From: Pseudovirgaria hyperparasitica
Taxonomy: Eukaryota
DNA: 64,000 bases
Assembly: GCA_010093815.1 (NCBI GenBank)
Contig: ML996573.1
Reading direction: 5' to 3' (one strand)
In this document: piece by piece, positions 12,474 to 24,198 of the stretch
Layout of the letters: the number at the start of each line of letters is the position of its first letter
Numbering within the stretch: position 1 is the stretch's first letter
Notes under the pieces: model-generated
The model's database searches: none
Seen by the model: only the letters and a program-made list of their open reading frames with translations
Told to the model about the DNA's origin: nothing
Made by a program: the position numbers and the translations under genes

Positions 12474-13538
12474 ATGGTTCTCCAGGCTCTCGTTGTTGTT
12501 TCTGCCATCCTATCGCTCGCGTCAGCTTCTCCAGTCAAGCGAAAAGATGCTATTCCACAGTTTGTTCTGGACTATGCTCCGCTCGTCTATCTCCATTCGC
12601 AAGATCCATACAGACCGTCGGATCTGATGGATACGATCAGAAATACGAAGCCAGAAGTCAACTTCTCTGTGGTCAATTCCGGGCCGCTCGACCTGAACAA
12701 TCTTGATACGCTCAACAACCTGGGTGGAGAGAACGTTTACCTGACATCCAACGAAGATGTCACCAAGAATCCCACATGGTTGAACGGTATCACGCCCAAC
12801 GCAAACGGCGAGACCGAGAACGGCAAGACCAGTGTGATTCTCACCATCGACCGCGGCAACAACCAGCTCGACGCATATTACTTCTACTACTATGCGTTCA
12901 ACTGGGGTGGTCTCGTGCTTGGCCATCTCAACCTGGGGAACCACGTTGGTGACTGGTACGTCCATATTTGACCACAATATGCGCGCGTGCTATACTAATG
13001 CTATCTCAGGGAACACAACATGATCCGCTTCCAAGACGGCAAGCCCACGCAGGTGTGGTACTCGCAGCACGCCTCCGGCCAAGCATTTACCTGGGATGCG
13101 CTCAGCAAAGAGGGTCAACGCATCCTCGCATTCTCTGGCAACGGTTCGCATGCCGTGTACTCTCGCGAAGGTGAATCGGCACATACCATCCCCGGGACTA
13201 GCTTCCCATGGCAAGGCGTCCTGACAGACTACACGGACAAAGGTCCAAAGTGGGATCCCACCAAGGCAGCGTATTTCTACAAATACGATCTTGCCTCGCA
13301 AGTGTTCACACCATACGAATCGTCTTCGCCGGTGGCGTATCTCAACTACAATGGCAGATGGGGCGATCAGGAATATCCTGAAGACGATCCTCGACAATTC
13401 AATCTTTTTGGGAACCCACGATATAGTAGTGGTCCCAATGGGCCGAAATTCAAGAGCCTCGACAGGAAGAAGATCTGCCCAGGGGATCCATGTATCGTCA
13501 TGCCGTTCATTGCGAAGCGGGATTTCGAGGAGCGTTGA
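12474..13538 (+). CDS. Secreted Vps62/TDA6-like protein; exons 12474-12955, 13010-13538
   Basis: Signal peptide plus KR site, YAPLVYLHSQDPYRPSD, spliced NHVGDWEHNMIRF, YSQHASG, GSHAVY and GRWGD. Intron 12956-13009 (GTACGT..CTAAT..CAG). Confidence 0.88.
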
Positions 13539-14232
13539 GCCGGTGCAGCCAGGTTTGCGCACACCTTTTTGTGATGATGGATGATTTCTGGTACATACTA
13601 TTTTAGATTGAGCGTTTGGGCGGCTTTTCATGTGATATTGATGCATCTAAAGATTTACTTTGTATATAGTTCGAAGAGCGAAAAATAACAATGGCAGATA
13701 GAAACTTCTGCATATCTATCCCTTTAGACATAGAATCTGATGTCGAACCAAATTCCCATCTCAAGACGCATCGAGTACTATAGGAGGTCCATATCAATAT
13801 ACAAGGTATCCCATGTGTATATTTATGTGTCCGTGCTCATATTACTTTCCGATCTGGGCTGTGGCAAGGCTACCTGAGATTCAGCAGTCCTCAAGTCCCC
13901 ACTTATGTACATCTAATCGGCCCGGCTCTTGATTAGTAGGCAGATCACTACTATAGGTTGCGCTGTACTATGGTAGCCACGGGGCAGCCTGAAGCCAGGG
14001 CGTCTGGGGTAGTCTTGGGTGGGCGAGGGGCCCCTCAAAGTCGGATCTCAACGCCGACGTCACGTATTAAGCGCGATCCGCGACCGAGAATATTTTATGT
14101 CTCATATAATGAATTCAAGCTAAAGACTCATTCGCACCACATCGGACGCCTCCTTTTTGCATCTACAGTACCTGTGCAGTCGCTTCTCTCCAACATTTGC
14201 AAGGCCGTGGCGTGGATGTGTCTGCGGCAAGC

Positions 14233-16770
14233 ATGACGACCGTGTTGAACCATGCCTCTCCATTCAAACGGAATGTTCAAGTAAGTGGTCTTGTCCTCTC
14301 AAAGACACAAATAGCTTATACATGCACAGCTCACAGACCTTCCGACCGAGCTGATCTCCGCGATTCTCATCTATCTCGATTCTACAGCTCTAAAGAGGCT
14401 AAACCTCACGTCGAAATGGGGCTATCACAATGCGATACCGTTACTGTGGCGGCATGTCGAGCTTGTGGATAAATGTACCGACTACAAAGATGTGGATAAG
14501 CCACAAATGTTCGGAGCAGACTGGGGATTTGAGGATAAACATGACGACACGCCGATAATACAGAAGGTCCTGGTCATACTACAGTCAGTGGCTAGAGATG
14601 AAGTCCTTCAGTAGATCAAAACTAACTGACATGGGTCTATAGTAATCCTTTTATAGCTTCTAGTGTACAAAGTATTACGCATCGATGCCATTTACCTCAT
14701 CCTGGAATATTCAACGAGCTTCCGAACATGTATTTCAAGAGTCGCACCCTCTCATCTGATAGAAGAACTTCCGTCCTATTAGCAGATGCTATTTGTTTGC
14801 TCGATAGGGTACATACCTTGCGAATAGTCTATGGACATTGGAATCTCACGAAGTGCCTCCTGAAAGGTTTTCTGTTCGACAGACCCGCATCGCTAAAGAG
14901 ACTGTGGCTCGAAAATGTTTCACTGGAAGGATTGCCTCTGAACTTGTTGCAGAGCAGTCCAAGAAGCTGCGGCCTCGAGAGTATAAGGCTCCGACGTCTG
15001 CACCTATACGGAGATCGACCACCGTACGAGCAGTCCGCCATGTCGTATATTCTCGTGCGGGGCGCAGGCGAGTCACGAGATATTGCGAATGGTCGTGCAG
15101 GAACATACTCGCATCCAATGGTATATTCTCCCGAGGAAGAAATCCTACCAACAGAAGCTTTAGATGTGGCGCCTCTTGACGTGGCATCTGAATACGACAA
15201 ACGCATATATTATAATCTACCTAGTGCCTTTGCATATCTGGCTAACCGGGGTTACCAACCGGTAAACAACAACTACGAGACACCCTTCGGCAATATAGAT
15301 CCCTGCACCCTCACAACTCTCTTGTTGCACAGTTCGGCAGACACATTGACTTCTCTCACCCTAGATTGGATCCTATGGCCATCTGACAACCGCAGGCAGA
15401 CCTTACCATTCCTCGACAGCTTCAGCCGGCTATATTTTCCAAACCTGAAGGCATTTCAGCTTCGTAATACGGTTCTTACGGAAACGGAATTGCCTAAAGA
15501 TCTGTACCTACTTGATTCAAGCGAAGATGGTTCTTCAATATTCCCAACGTTCATCGAGAAACACAAAAACCTGCGGTGCCTAGCATGGCCAATCGATCGC
15601 TTCTTTGGGGTTTCTATTCGGAGCCCAGAAGATACTGCTCGTCGAGAAAGAATAGTAGCCGAGCTTGCACGCACGCTGGAGGATCTGCGAGTTGACGCAG
15701 AGTTTGGAAGGCGGGAACCATTCACACATAACCCAGTGGGAGACATGGAATTCAATGAACGGACGCGGAGACGAAGGTTCATCGAAGACTTCGCATCCCA
15801 TATGACAAAAGTCAAATCGATTAAGTTGGAAGGCGGTATACCGCGCGATGAGAAGCGCGAAACCATCCGTGCATTAAGTCAGTCACCATTAGAAAAGGTC
15901 ATTGCCATCGGAATCTCGTGCCCGGTAGGCAATACATGGGGAGCTGGTGGACGCCTGCTTCAGGATATCGACGGAGGCGTGGGGATTGGTGATGACACAC
16001 GCGGTCTCCAGGAAGAGTACGACGACATAATTGAGGGATACATGAGTGTAGAGCCTTCTAAGCCCTTCAACGAGCAATTCCATGCGTCATACGGCTGGGG
16101 CCCTGGACCTCCTTTCGTCCACAACATCGCCAGCTACCACGCATCGACAGTCACAGAACTCAAGTTCTGCGGCTATAACGGTGCCCCGATTCTCTACCGC
16201 CCGACACCAATCACTGAGGCGATGTTACACCCCATCCGCTACTTTCATAAACTGAAGTCGCTCGTCTTGTCCATGTGGCTGCTCACATGGCACGAAGATG
16301 AGTTCCGCGACGACTCTATCATCCAGTTCTGGCAAGATCGTAGTTCACCTACCTCTACTGCCCTTGCCCTCCCTCTCAATTTACCCGTTCTCCAGCCACT
16401 AGCTCACCCACCCCCATTCACTCCAGCCGCAAACGCCGCTCTCATAAACCATCGACAGAATGCCGCAGCCACCCACTTCTCGGAACCCCGACCTTCCTGG
16501 TCGCAAACCTTGCAAACAATATATACACCTGAAGCGCTCGCGGCGCAGGTTGCAAGGCAGGTTGGACCCCACATCTCAGAGCAGGCAAAGGCTCAACGGG
16601 AGGGTGTACATGTCCGTGTCAGCTTCTGTCTTGGCTTGCAGATCACGGATATTTTCGAGCTGGATGTCTGGATTGGAGCAGGGGATGAGGTGCTGAGGAC
16701 GCGGGGGCCGAGGACGGAGCAAGATGGGGAGAGGAGAGAGGACAAGCTGTTCGGGCGGAGATGGTTCTGA
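14233..16770 (+). CDS. F-box / RNI-like protein; exons 14233-14280, 14330-14583, 14643-16770
   Basis: Exon 2, missed by the ORF track, encodes F-box-type LTDLPTELISAILIYLD..LLWRHVEL. Introns 14281-14329 (GTAAGT..CAG) and 14584-14642 (GTCAGT..CTAAC..TAG) keep frame into the 680 aa ORF. Confidence 0.82.
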
Positions 16771-17787
16771 ATCGACGGATGCGTTCCCATGCCGTCAATT
16801 TGACGCCGTTGCGCTCGATGAAACGCTTCTGCTGCTTGCTATACCTCTTCGAGTGTGTTACCTTGGTATATAGTAGAACCGGCACTCAGCGCAAGATATC
16901 CGGCTTCCGCATATCAGTCACAGTACCCGCTTGTGCCAAGTCCGCCGTTACAGTACTAGATACCGCTGCGAGCACTTGTACGCTCAGCTGAACACCTCGG
17001 AATTTGGGATCAGAGGGAGGACTTGTAACGATATTTGGCTGCTATAAATCCTGTTGGTGAGCAAGCTCCGAGTATGCGATCAGCAAGATGGACTGTTCCC
17101 TTAGACCCGGCATTGACATCTGCCGGAACACGCTCAGTGAACCCGAGTAGAGGCATTGAGCTCCACCCTAGCTTGTTTCGAAATCTGAAAACCTGATACG
17201 CCCGGTCTTGGGTAGAATCTTGTATCTAATCAGCTTTTGTCCCGACTGTTACAGTCACCATTGTGCAGAATATGACGGAAGAACGAGCGTGCTAGCCTGG
17301 ACATGCATCTCGATAGAAGCTAGAAAGTCGTGTCAGGGCATGGGATAATGTAGAGTGAGCGTATGTACAAAGCAATGCAGATGTCTATCCAGTCAGTATT
17401 TTTGATGGCGAAGAATGAGATGAGATCGCCCTGGCGAGATTCGTTATGTGAGTAAGGAAGTAAGCAGATCAGTGATGTTGGGGTTTGTTTGTTTTGATGA
17501 GTCGTAGTCGTTCTAGCACATGGCCCCTTTCTAGCTTATTTCGATCAGGCCCAGTTCTGGCGTGACTCCTGCAGGTAGCATCTCGAGAGTGCTATCATCA
17601 ATGATAATCATGGAACCTTTGTCGGCCCGTCTTCATGGAGTCATATCTCTTGAGCAAAGTATTTAATCACAAACGGTCATCTTATTGCTATAGTATCAGG
17701 AAAGCATTTCTCCAGTACTAGATAGAACCCCTGATTTCTATCCCCTGGGTATCAGTGACCCTCGTACCTCCCTCCATCCTATCCACC

Positions 17788-18237
17788 TCAAATGCGCAAT
17801 GTCTTCCTAACCCAGCCTCTGACCCTCCCTACAACCTTCTTGACTCGTCCCTTGACCCGTCCGACGTGGCCCGCGAATATTCTAGACTTCGTTCTGGGCG
17901 GTGGAGGTGGAGGTGAAGGCGTAGGTCGTGGTCCGCCCTTGCCGTCATGCGTGTAGGGTCGCGTCCGGTGGTCTGGACCGGGGTGGTCGAGTGGGTAGTT
18001 GTTTGGGTGATCGTTTCGATTTCTGTTCCGTTCGTCGAGATCGTATACTTTGGACTTGTTAGTGTTGATTTAACTAGAGCTTGCGTAGGGGGTTGAAAGG
18101 AGGTTGGTGGGTTTTACCCTCGCTTGTATACGATCTTGTCTTTCTGGTTCTGTCCATGATCTTGATCTTTTTGATTCGTTGTGGGATTGAGATGGATATT
18201 GGCCAAGTTCTGAGTTTTTGTATCTCTCTAACGGCAT
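17788..18237 (-). CDS. Putative small orphan protein (~128 aa), Pro-rich middle and cationic C-terminus; exons 18237-18118, 18054-17788
   Basis: ATG at 18237 and intron 18055-18117 (GTAAAA..ACTAACAAG) give an open frame ending ...PSPPPPPRTKSRIFAGHVGRVKGRVKKVVGRVRGWVRKTLRI*. The acceptor choice is ambiguous. Confidence 0.45.
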
Positions 18238-19712
18238 GTTTGGTATATAAGATGTGAGCGTTGTTTATGGATTGCGTACATCACGAATAGTTTGGCTTGA
18301 CGTATATTTATGTTAACGTCGCAAACGAGCATGGAAAGCTATAATCACATACCTTGTGATGAACAAAATATCTTTTTGGCTGCTTGGAGTTTGTGAGTCT
18401 AGCTGCAAGCTTGGAATTCGACGCCATCTTTTCTGCTTTGACCATGCACATTCGGATCTCTGATTTGACTTTATCAAGATCGCCAGTTTGAACTTTTGTT
18501 CTTAAATGTAAGACGGTAGTAAATAGACTAGATAATGTCTACGCCATCATTTCAAAGCCCCGGTGTCGTGTTTTGATCGAGCTTGGACACCAGCTGTCTC
18601 TTTCTCCATGCAGTAAAACCAGCTGGGTTGAAAGGTCATCCTAGGATTCCTTGCACGCGTTTGTGCTCCTGTTTCGTTGCATAAGCAGTTCAGATCCGTC
18701 ACCTACGTTAAGACTTTGTATGAAGTACATTATGAGAAACAGTAGAGCCACAAAAGCACTCGAATACGTAGAGCCTAGGAAGACCAACCTCTCTCGAAGT
18801 AATACAACGGCGTGCATTATGCTTTGCCCAGGGTATATCTGCAGATGTTATCCACCAATTGATGTAGTCTTTTCTTGAAAAGGATTGCAAATTCGTATAC
18901 ACTGGGATTTCCAGCATCACATACATAAATGATAGGAGCGAAGCATGAAAACTTCCTGCGGCTTTAGCAAAGCCGACATACCTGATGACCTCTTTATCAA
19001 AATGCATAGGCGGGGCGCAAAAGAATCACGCCATCTAGATGCACCTGCCAGACGCAAGGAAACAAAGCTCTAGACGTGAACGTATAACACAACACTAGTC
19101 TTGTCAAAAAGATTCATTGGCTCCGAAGTCTTGGATAACAATTGACAGCCTGTAAAGCATACAAAATACAGGGATCCAGGTTTGCGCGTACGACCCCGGT
19201 CAATGTGGGTCCTACCACTATAAAGCATAGTGCAAACACCGGGGCGTGAATACCCTTGTGGCTCAGCATTTGCTCGGTACGAAGACATGCTTCTTGACAC
19301 CGTGAATTGCAATATGCTTAAAACACCAACATACGGAATATTCTTCCGTGAGAAATAGAAACTCCGGCGAGTGCCCGGCTCTAGTGGCGGTGTGTCCAGT
19401 GTACTGGGAGTGTTAGTGTCATGTGGCTAGGTTCATGTAATATGGACATCGAAGCTCCATTCCCGAGATAAACGAGACTAGGTACATGGGGCCCTGGCCA
19501 CAAATGAAAGATGTTCGCGAGAGGACAAGAATACTACTCGCATTCGCCACATTACCTATCTATCATATGAAATCGCTGTGGCTTATAATGAACTGTTGTC
19601 ATTCTGAGTGCGGAATGAATTTGGATCAATATCTTTCAAAAGTGAGATAGAGGCATAGCTAGCAGAGAAGATCCAGATATCAATTTCTTGGACTCCAAAA
19701 TCACCTACCAGT

Positions 19713-20774
19713 ATGCTCATCCAAGCTCGCCTTGTTTATGCTTTGGCAACTGTGGGACACGTACGGGCAATTCAATACCTTGGCCGGGTCAATCCCAACA
19801 CTAAAGAACTGACTTGGCCTGGCACAGGTGTATCTTTCACCTTTTCTGGAACGACAGCAACCATTAGCATCAGTGCTAGCGGTGCAAACAGTGCCGACCT
19901 CATCGTAGACGGAGCCATAACAACAATACTGAACGTGGCAGGGACTTCTATATCCACAGCGAAGCTTCCCCGAGGAAACCACACAGTCGAGCTCCGTCGA
20001 AGATCAGAGACTCAATACGGCACCATAACCATAGGCAACATCACCACAGACGGGACGTTCAACGCCGACGTGCTCCCAAAACGCAAGATCGAAATCGTCG
20101 GCGACTCCATCAGTGTCGGCTACGGCCTCGATGGCGTGAACCCCTGCACAAACACCGCTGCAGTCGAAGACAACCCAAAGACATTCGGTGCGCTCACAGC
20201 TAAAGCGCTCAATGCATCATACAGCGTCGTCGCATGGAGCGGCAAGGGGCTCACGCGTAACTACATCACGGTCGATCCAGACACAAGCCCTATCATGCCT
20301 CAGTACTGGACTCGCTACGGCGCGAATGACGCAGATAACAGCTATACCTTTCCATCATCCGCGACACCCGATGTCGTCGTGATTAATCTGGGCACCAACG
20401 ACTTCAGCTACATTGCATATGACTCTGCAGGGCAGCCGTATAATGCGCGTGCACTCCTGAATGCAACGGTTTTTGCGTCGGCAATGGTATCTTTCGTACA
20501 GACAGTTCAGAAGAAGTACGTGAAGGCGCATGTTTTCCTGATGACGAGTCCGATGCTCAGTGATGGCTATCCGAGCGCCGCAGAGGCACAGAAAAGTACA
20601 CAGAGGAATGCTCTTGCGGCTGCTACTGCACGGCTAGGGGGTGAGAAGGTCCATCTAGTCGAGTGGGCTACGCAGGGCGCAGATGTAGGGTGTGATTATC
20701 ATCCCAATGCGGCTACACATGCGGCGGGGGCAATGGTGTTGTTACAGGCTGTGAAAGGCGTCATGGGGTGGTAA
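19713..20774 (+). CDS. Secreted SGNH/GDSL hydrolase, carbohydrate esterase family 2-like
   Basis: Signal peptide, CE2-type N-terminal beta domain (YLGRV..TWPGTG), block I IVGDSISVGYG, AWSGKG, block III NLGTND and block V DYHPN. Confidence 0.88.
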   Translation: MLIQARLVYALATVGHVRAIQYLGRVNPNTKELTWPGTGVSFTFSGTTATISISASGANSADLIVDGAITTILNVAGTSISTAKLPRGNHTVELRRRSETQYGTITIGNITTDGTFNADVLPKRKIEIVGDSISVGYGLDGVNPCTNTAAVEDNPKTFGALTAKALNASYSVVAWSGKGLTRNYITVDPDTSPIMPQYWTRYGANDADNSYTFPSSATPDVVVINLGTNDFSYIAYDSAGQPYNARALLNATVFASAMVSFVQTVQKKYVKAHVFLMTSPMLSDGYPSAAEAQKSTQRNALAAATARLGGEKVHLVEWATQGADVGCDYHPNAATHAAGAMVLLQAVKGVMGW

Positions 20775-21532
20775 TAAGGCACCATGAACTGTATATATGA
20801 GTGGACCCCGATACGTGGGATCGAAGACTTGAGTATTGAGGGTAGTATAGCAAAAGGACTCATACGTCTCCTGTGTCTCCAAATAGGACAAAGCGCAAGT
20901 CATTGCACATCTAGTGACCGAGACTTGCACCTCTAACCTCGCTCAGCTTAGTTGTGTACAAAACTTCTTCTAGAATCGTTCGCCATGGCCAAAGTTAAGG
21001 TTGGTATGACGTTCACGATATGAACTCAGCGCCAAGAATCGGATGGTTGTTGACAGGATTATCTGCCAGGATGTAGGGAGCTGTAGTACGTACTGGCTGG
21101 ACCGCTTATAGTGGATTTTCAGACTCATGCCATAGCAGCTCGGTCGTATGGTGCTCAACGTACCGGAGAAATCTGCATAGCCTCCGCAGTAATTATGGCA
21201 ACATATCTCAACCTTACCACGTGGGGTCGTTGGATATAGCACCAAATGTTGCAAGGATGTCCTCTGATATAGAAGACTGCATGGCGAGTGGCTGGGAATG
21301 TACTAAAATGCATCGAGACGCGATTCAAGATGAAGTACCTGTCCATGTTGCAGGCGCATAAGGCTTGTCTCAACCAGAGAAGGTACGCGCTTTAGCCAGT
21401 GCACAACCAAGTCATTTGTGTGACAGGGATCATATGGCATGATTTCATATTCTCACGTGTATTCTTTGAGGCGAGGCTTCGAGAGCGCAACGTTAGAAGA
21501 TGTGAAGGAAGGTCTGTTCGCTGTCCTGGAGG

Positions 21533-23681
21533 TTATGTGAGGCCCATAACGCCTGAGACGGCTGTATCCAGCATCCCATTGAAGTGATGGTCCCCTCCAC
21601 GGAAACTTTTCATTAGACGTCCTATATCTTCGAGGAGTGTTTGAATACAGGGGTTCGTTCTCAGTGAGATTGGACAACCCGGGAATACATCCTCAAATAC
21701 CGATGTACTGGGAGTGTCCATATTTAGATTGGCAGATGATTGAAGAGCCGTCACAAGACCCATTGCAATGTCGTAGATTTTCATCAAGAATCCAAGTCCA
21801 TGTACTTCCATCGCAGCTAGTGAGAGTGATTCGCAGATGTTCAGGGTTGCATGGGCAAGCTGAGCACTGAAATCGTATCGAAGCTCTCGGTGCTCAGAGT
21901 CTTCGCGGATTAGACCATGGGAGAAGCAGAGCAGCCAGAGGCGATTGAGGAGCCAGATTTGAGTAATGGAAATGTCTGCTTGCTGGCTTTCCAAGAGTTG
22001 CGAGAGAGGTACCGGGGTCACTGATGGTGCGTATGATATATTCCCGGTCAAACAGCCCTCACGGACACGGTATTGTGCTCGAAACATCTGCAGCGCCCGA
22101 CGGCGATCGAAAGAATCGCATATTCCATCGGAGCTACGGCAATAGCCATTCCAGCAGTCCATAATAACCTCGTCTATGGCATCGAAGCTATCCATCAAGT
22201 ACAACAGGCCAGTCATGCTCACTGCATCAGCTTTCACATCTTGATCTGGGAAAATGAGCGAAGCAATGTATTCATTAGTCATGGAGACGTCGAATGCTTG
22301 CATGAATCGCGCAGTGATGCCGGGTCGACCACGGAAGCTAATTACGTGATTCTGCTGTAAAGCATAAGCTCGTTCAGTAACAGACAGGACCAGGTATGTC
22401 CGTAGCCATTTTTCTCGCACTTCCGGGGATAGATCTTGATACGACTGTGGCAGATGCAAGCCAAGCGAAAATGCGAGATCTACAGCTTCACGAAGGCGAT
22501 GTCGAGCAGCTTTGTGCTCACCAGAACCAAAGAGGCAAGCGAACATGAAAAAGCTTGTCAGGATCATGTCAACTGTGGGCTCTTCCCCAAAGTTAGCAGC
22601 AACGCGCATCTTGGCACACTCTTGGAGCAGCATTCGAGATTGTACTGATCTCGAAGCTTTCATAGCCTGTTCGTGTATCTGCACAGGCTGTTCCATTGCA
22701 AATGCTGCGAGACTGAGGAGCATAGCACCATATTGAGGATCAGTCCGATGCTTGCGGAGTAGCATCTCACAGTACAAGTTGGGACGGTTAAGAATGGGGA
22801 TCGTAGGGTGTAGACGTTTGAAGTACACATCAATCCAAGGGAGTAGCGTTTGCTCGTTGACAATCGATGGCCACACATCGTCCTTTTGTTGGATTCGAGG
22901 CAAGTCCTCCTGCTGGATAGAACCAAAGGCGTCGTCCATGGTGGCACATGCCGGTGATTCGATGGGTAGGCTAGGGAAAACAATTTCCGTCTCGTGAGAG
23001 GTGTCAGGATTCAATAGTAGTGCGATATCAGAACCGTTTCGCTCTAAGCTTCGAGTATCTGGTTGTAGTACTATATGCTTAGTTAGATTCAGCATCATCT
23101 GTTGGTGGCAGACAGTCGAACAGCACAGTTGTCGTAAGGACCGCCAAGGCTGGGTCAGCAGCTATTCCAGATGCAATGCACGCCAAGTCGAGGAAAAAGA
23201 GATGCTCACATGATCCTCGAGTTGTCGATAGTCCGAGTGGTCTCCCTGCAGTTGACTCTGTCCTCTGATCGTGCAGACCGGGATAAGGAGAGACATTATC
23301 CTGAGGACTAGTGGATGCATGGCTTGCTGGCCAAGATCTAGACTCGTAACTTGATAAACTCATATTGCGCTCCTGGTAGGCTGGATCTAACGATGTCTGA
23401 TCGGATCTAGAGACATTCAAGCCCTGAAGGTCGTTTCCGGGTGCTGATTCGAATACATTATTATCTCCTTGTCCGTGGAGATTCTTTTGATGCCGCTGAA
23501 TCTCAGCAATTCGTTTACCTGCTGGTCCGCGTCTTTTACGCGGATGCTCGTAGCTACAGACCAGTCCTCTGACATCACATGTTGTACATGGCTTCGAGAA
23601 GTTGCATTTAACTTTCCGGATCTTGCATTGATCGCATGCTCGAGCGGTGTTGGCCGTTCTGGCGTCGAGCGTGGTAAACAT
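21533..23681 (-). CDS. Zn(II)2Cys6 transcription factor, maltose/sucrose-regulator type; exons 23681-23210, ~23070-21533
   Basis: ACDQCKIRKVKCNFSKPCTTCDVRGLVC cluster followed by RKRRGP. Fungal middle homology region (YFKRLHPTIPIL; LREAVDLAFSLGLH; LSVTERAYALQ) and AMEVHGLG. Phase-1 intron from GTGAGC at 23209 to TAG at 23071 (or CAG at 23059). Confidence 0.88.
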
Positions 23682-24198
23682 GATGCTTTTTAGTCGGATG
23701 CATCTAAAGCGTCTTTATGCTCACATAGCGAGGCAGAAATACGCGAGCTTGACACGAAGAATAACTGGCGATGTGCACTACGACAGAGATGGAACAAGGA
23801 ATTTGAGCTGAAGAAGCTGTGCTAAGTTTCCACCAAGGTTGTCGCATGACGCTTCAACCTAGTAAGCCTATCTCAGATATACGCCGCGGTGGTAGACGTT
23901 ACGCGTACTATCCAGCACGCCGCACCATAACCTGGCATAGGTGATCCCATAAAGCATTGTAATTAATCCACGATAGCTTCAACGTCGTATAGAGTGTAGC
24001 ACGTGAAACGGCGCTGGGTAGTTTCAGGCAGCTTGGTCGGACGCGAGTCTTGCTCTCACGACGAAGAGAATTTATCAGCACGTGTGGATCATTATATCAC
24101 AGATGAATTTACATTATGAAGTATATTTTTAGACGTTGTGTAAGTACATACTGACCTTGGAACACAATGAGACTATTATCCCATCGGACAGCCTAGAC

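Noticed and set aside
16800..17700. Possible minus-strand coding relic
   Set aside because: The minus-strand frame I followed is broken by frequent stops and has no recognisable domain.
20800..21500. Short ORFs between the esterase and the TF
   Set aside because: No motifs and overlapping frames; consistent with a convergent 3' intergenic region.
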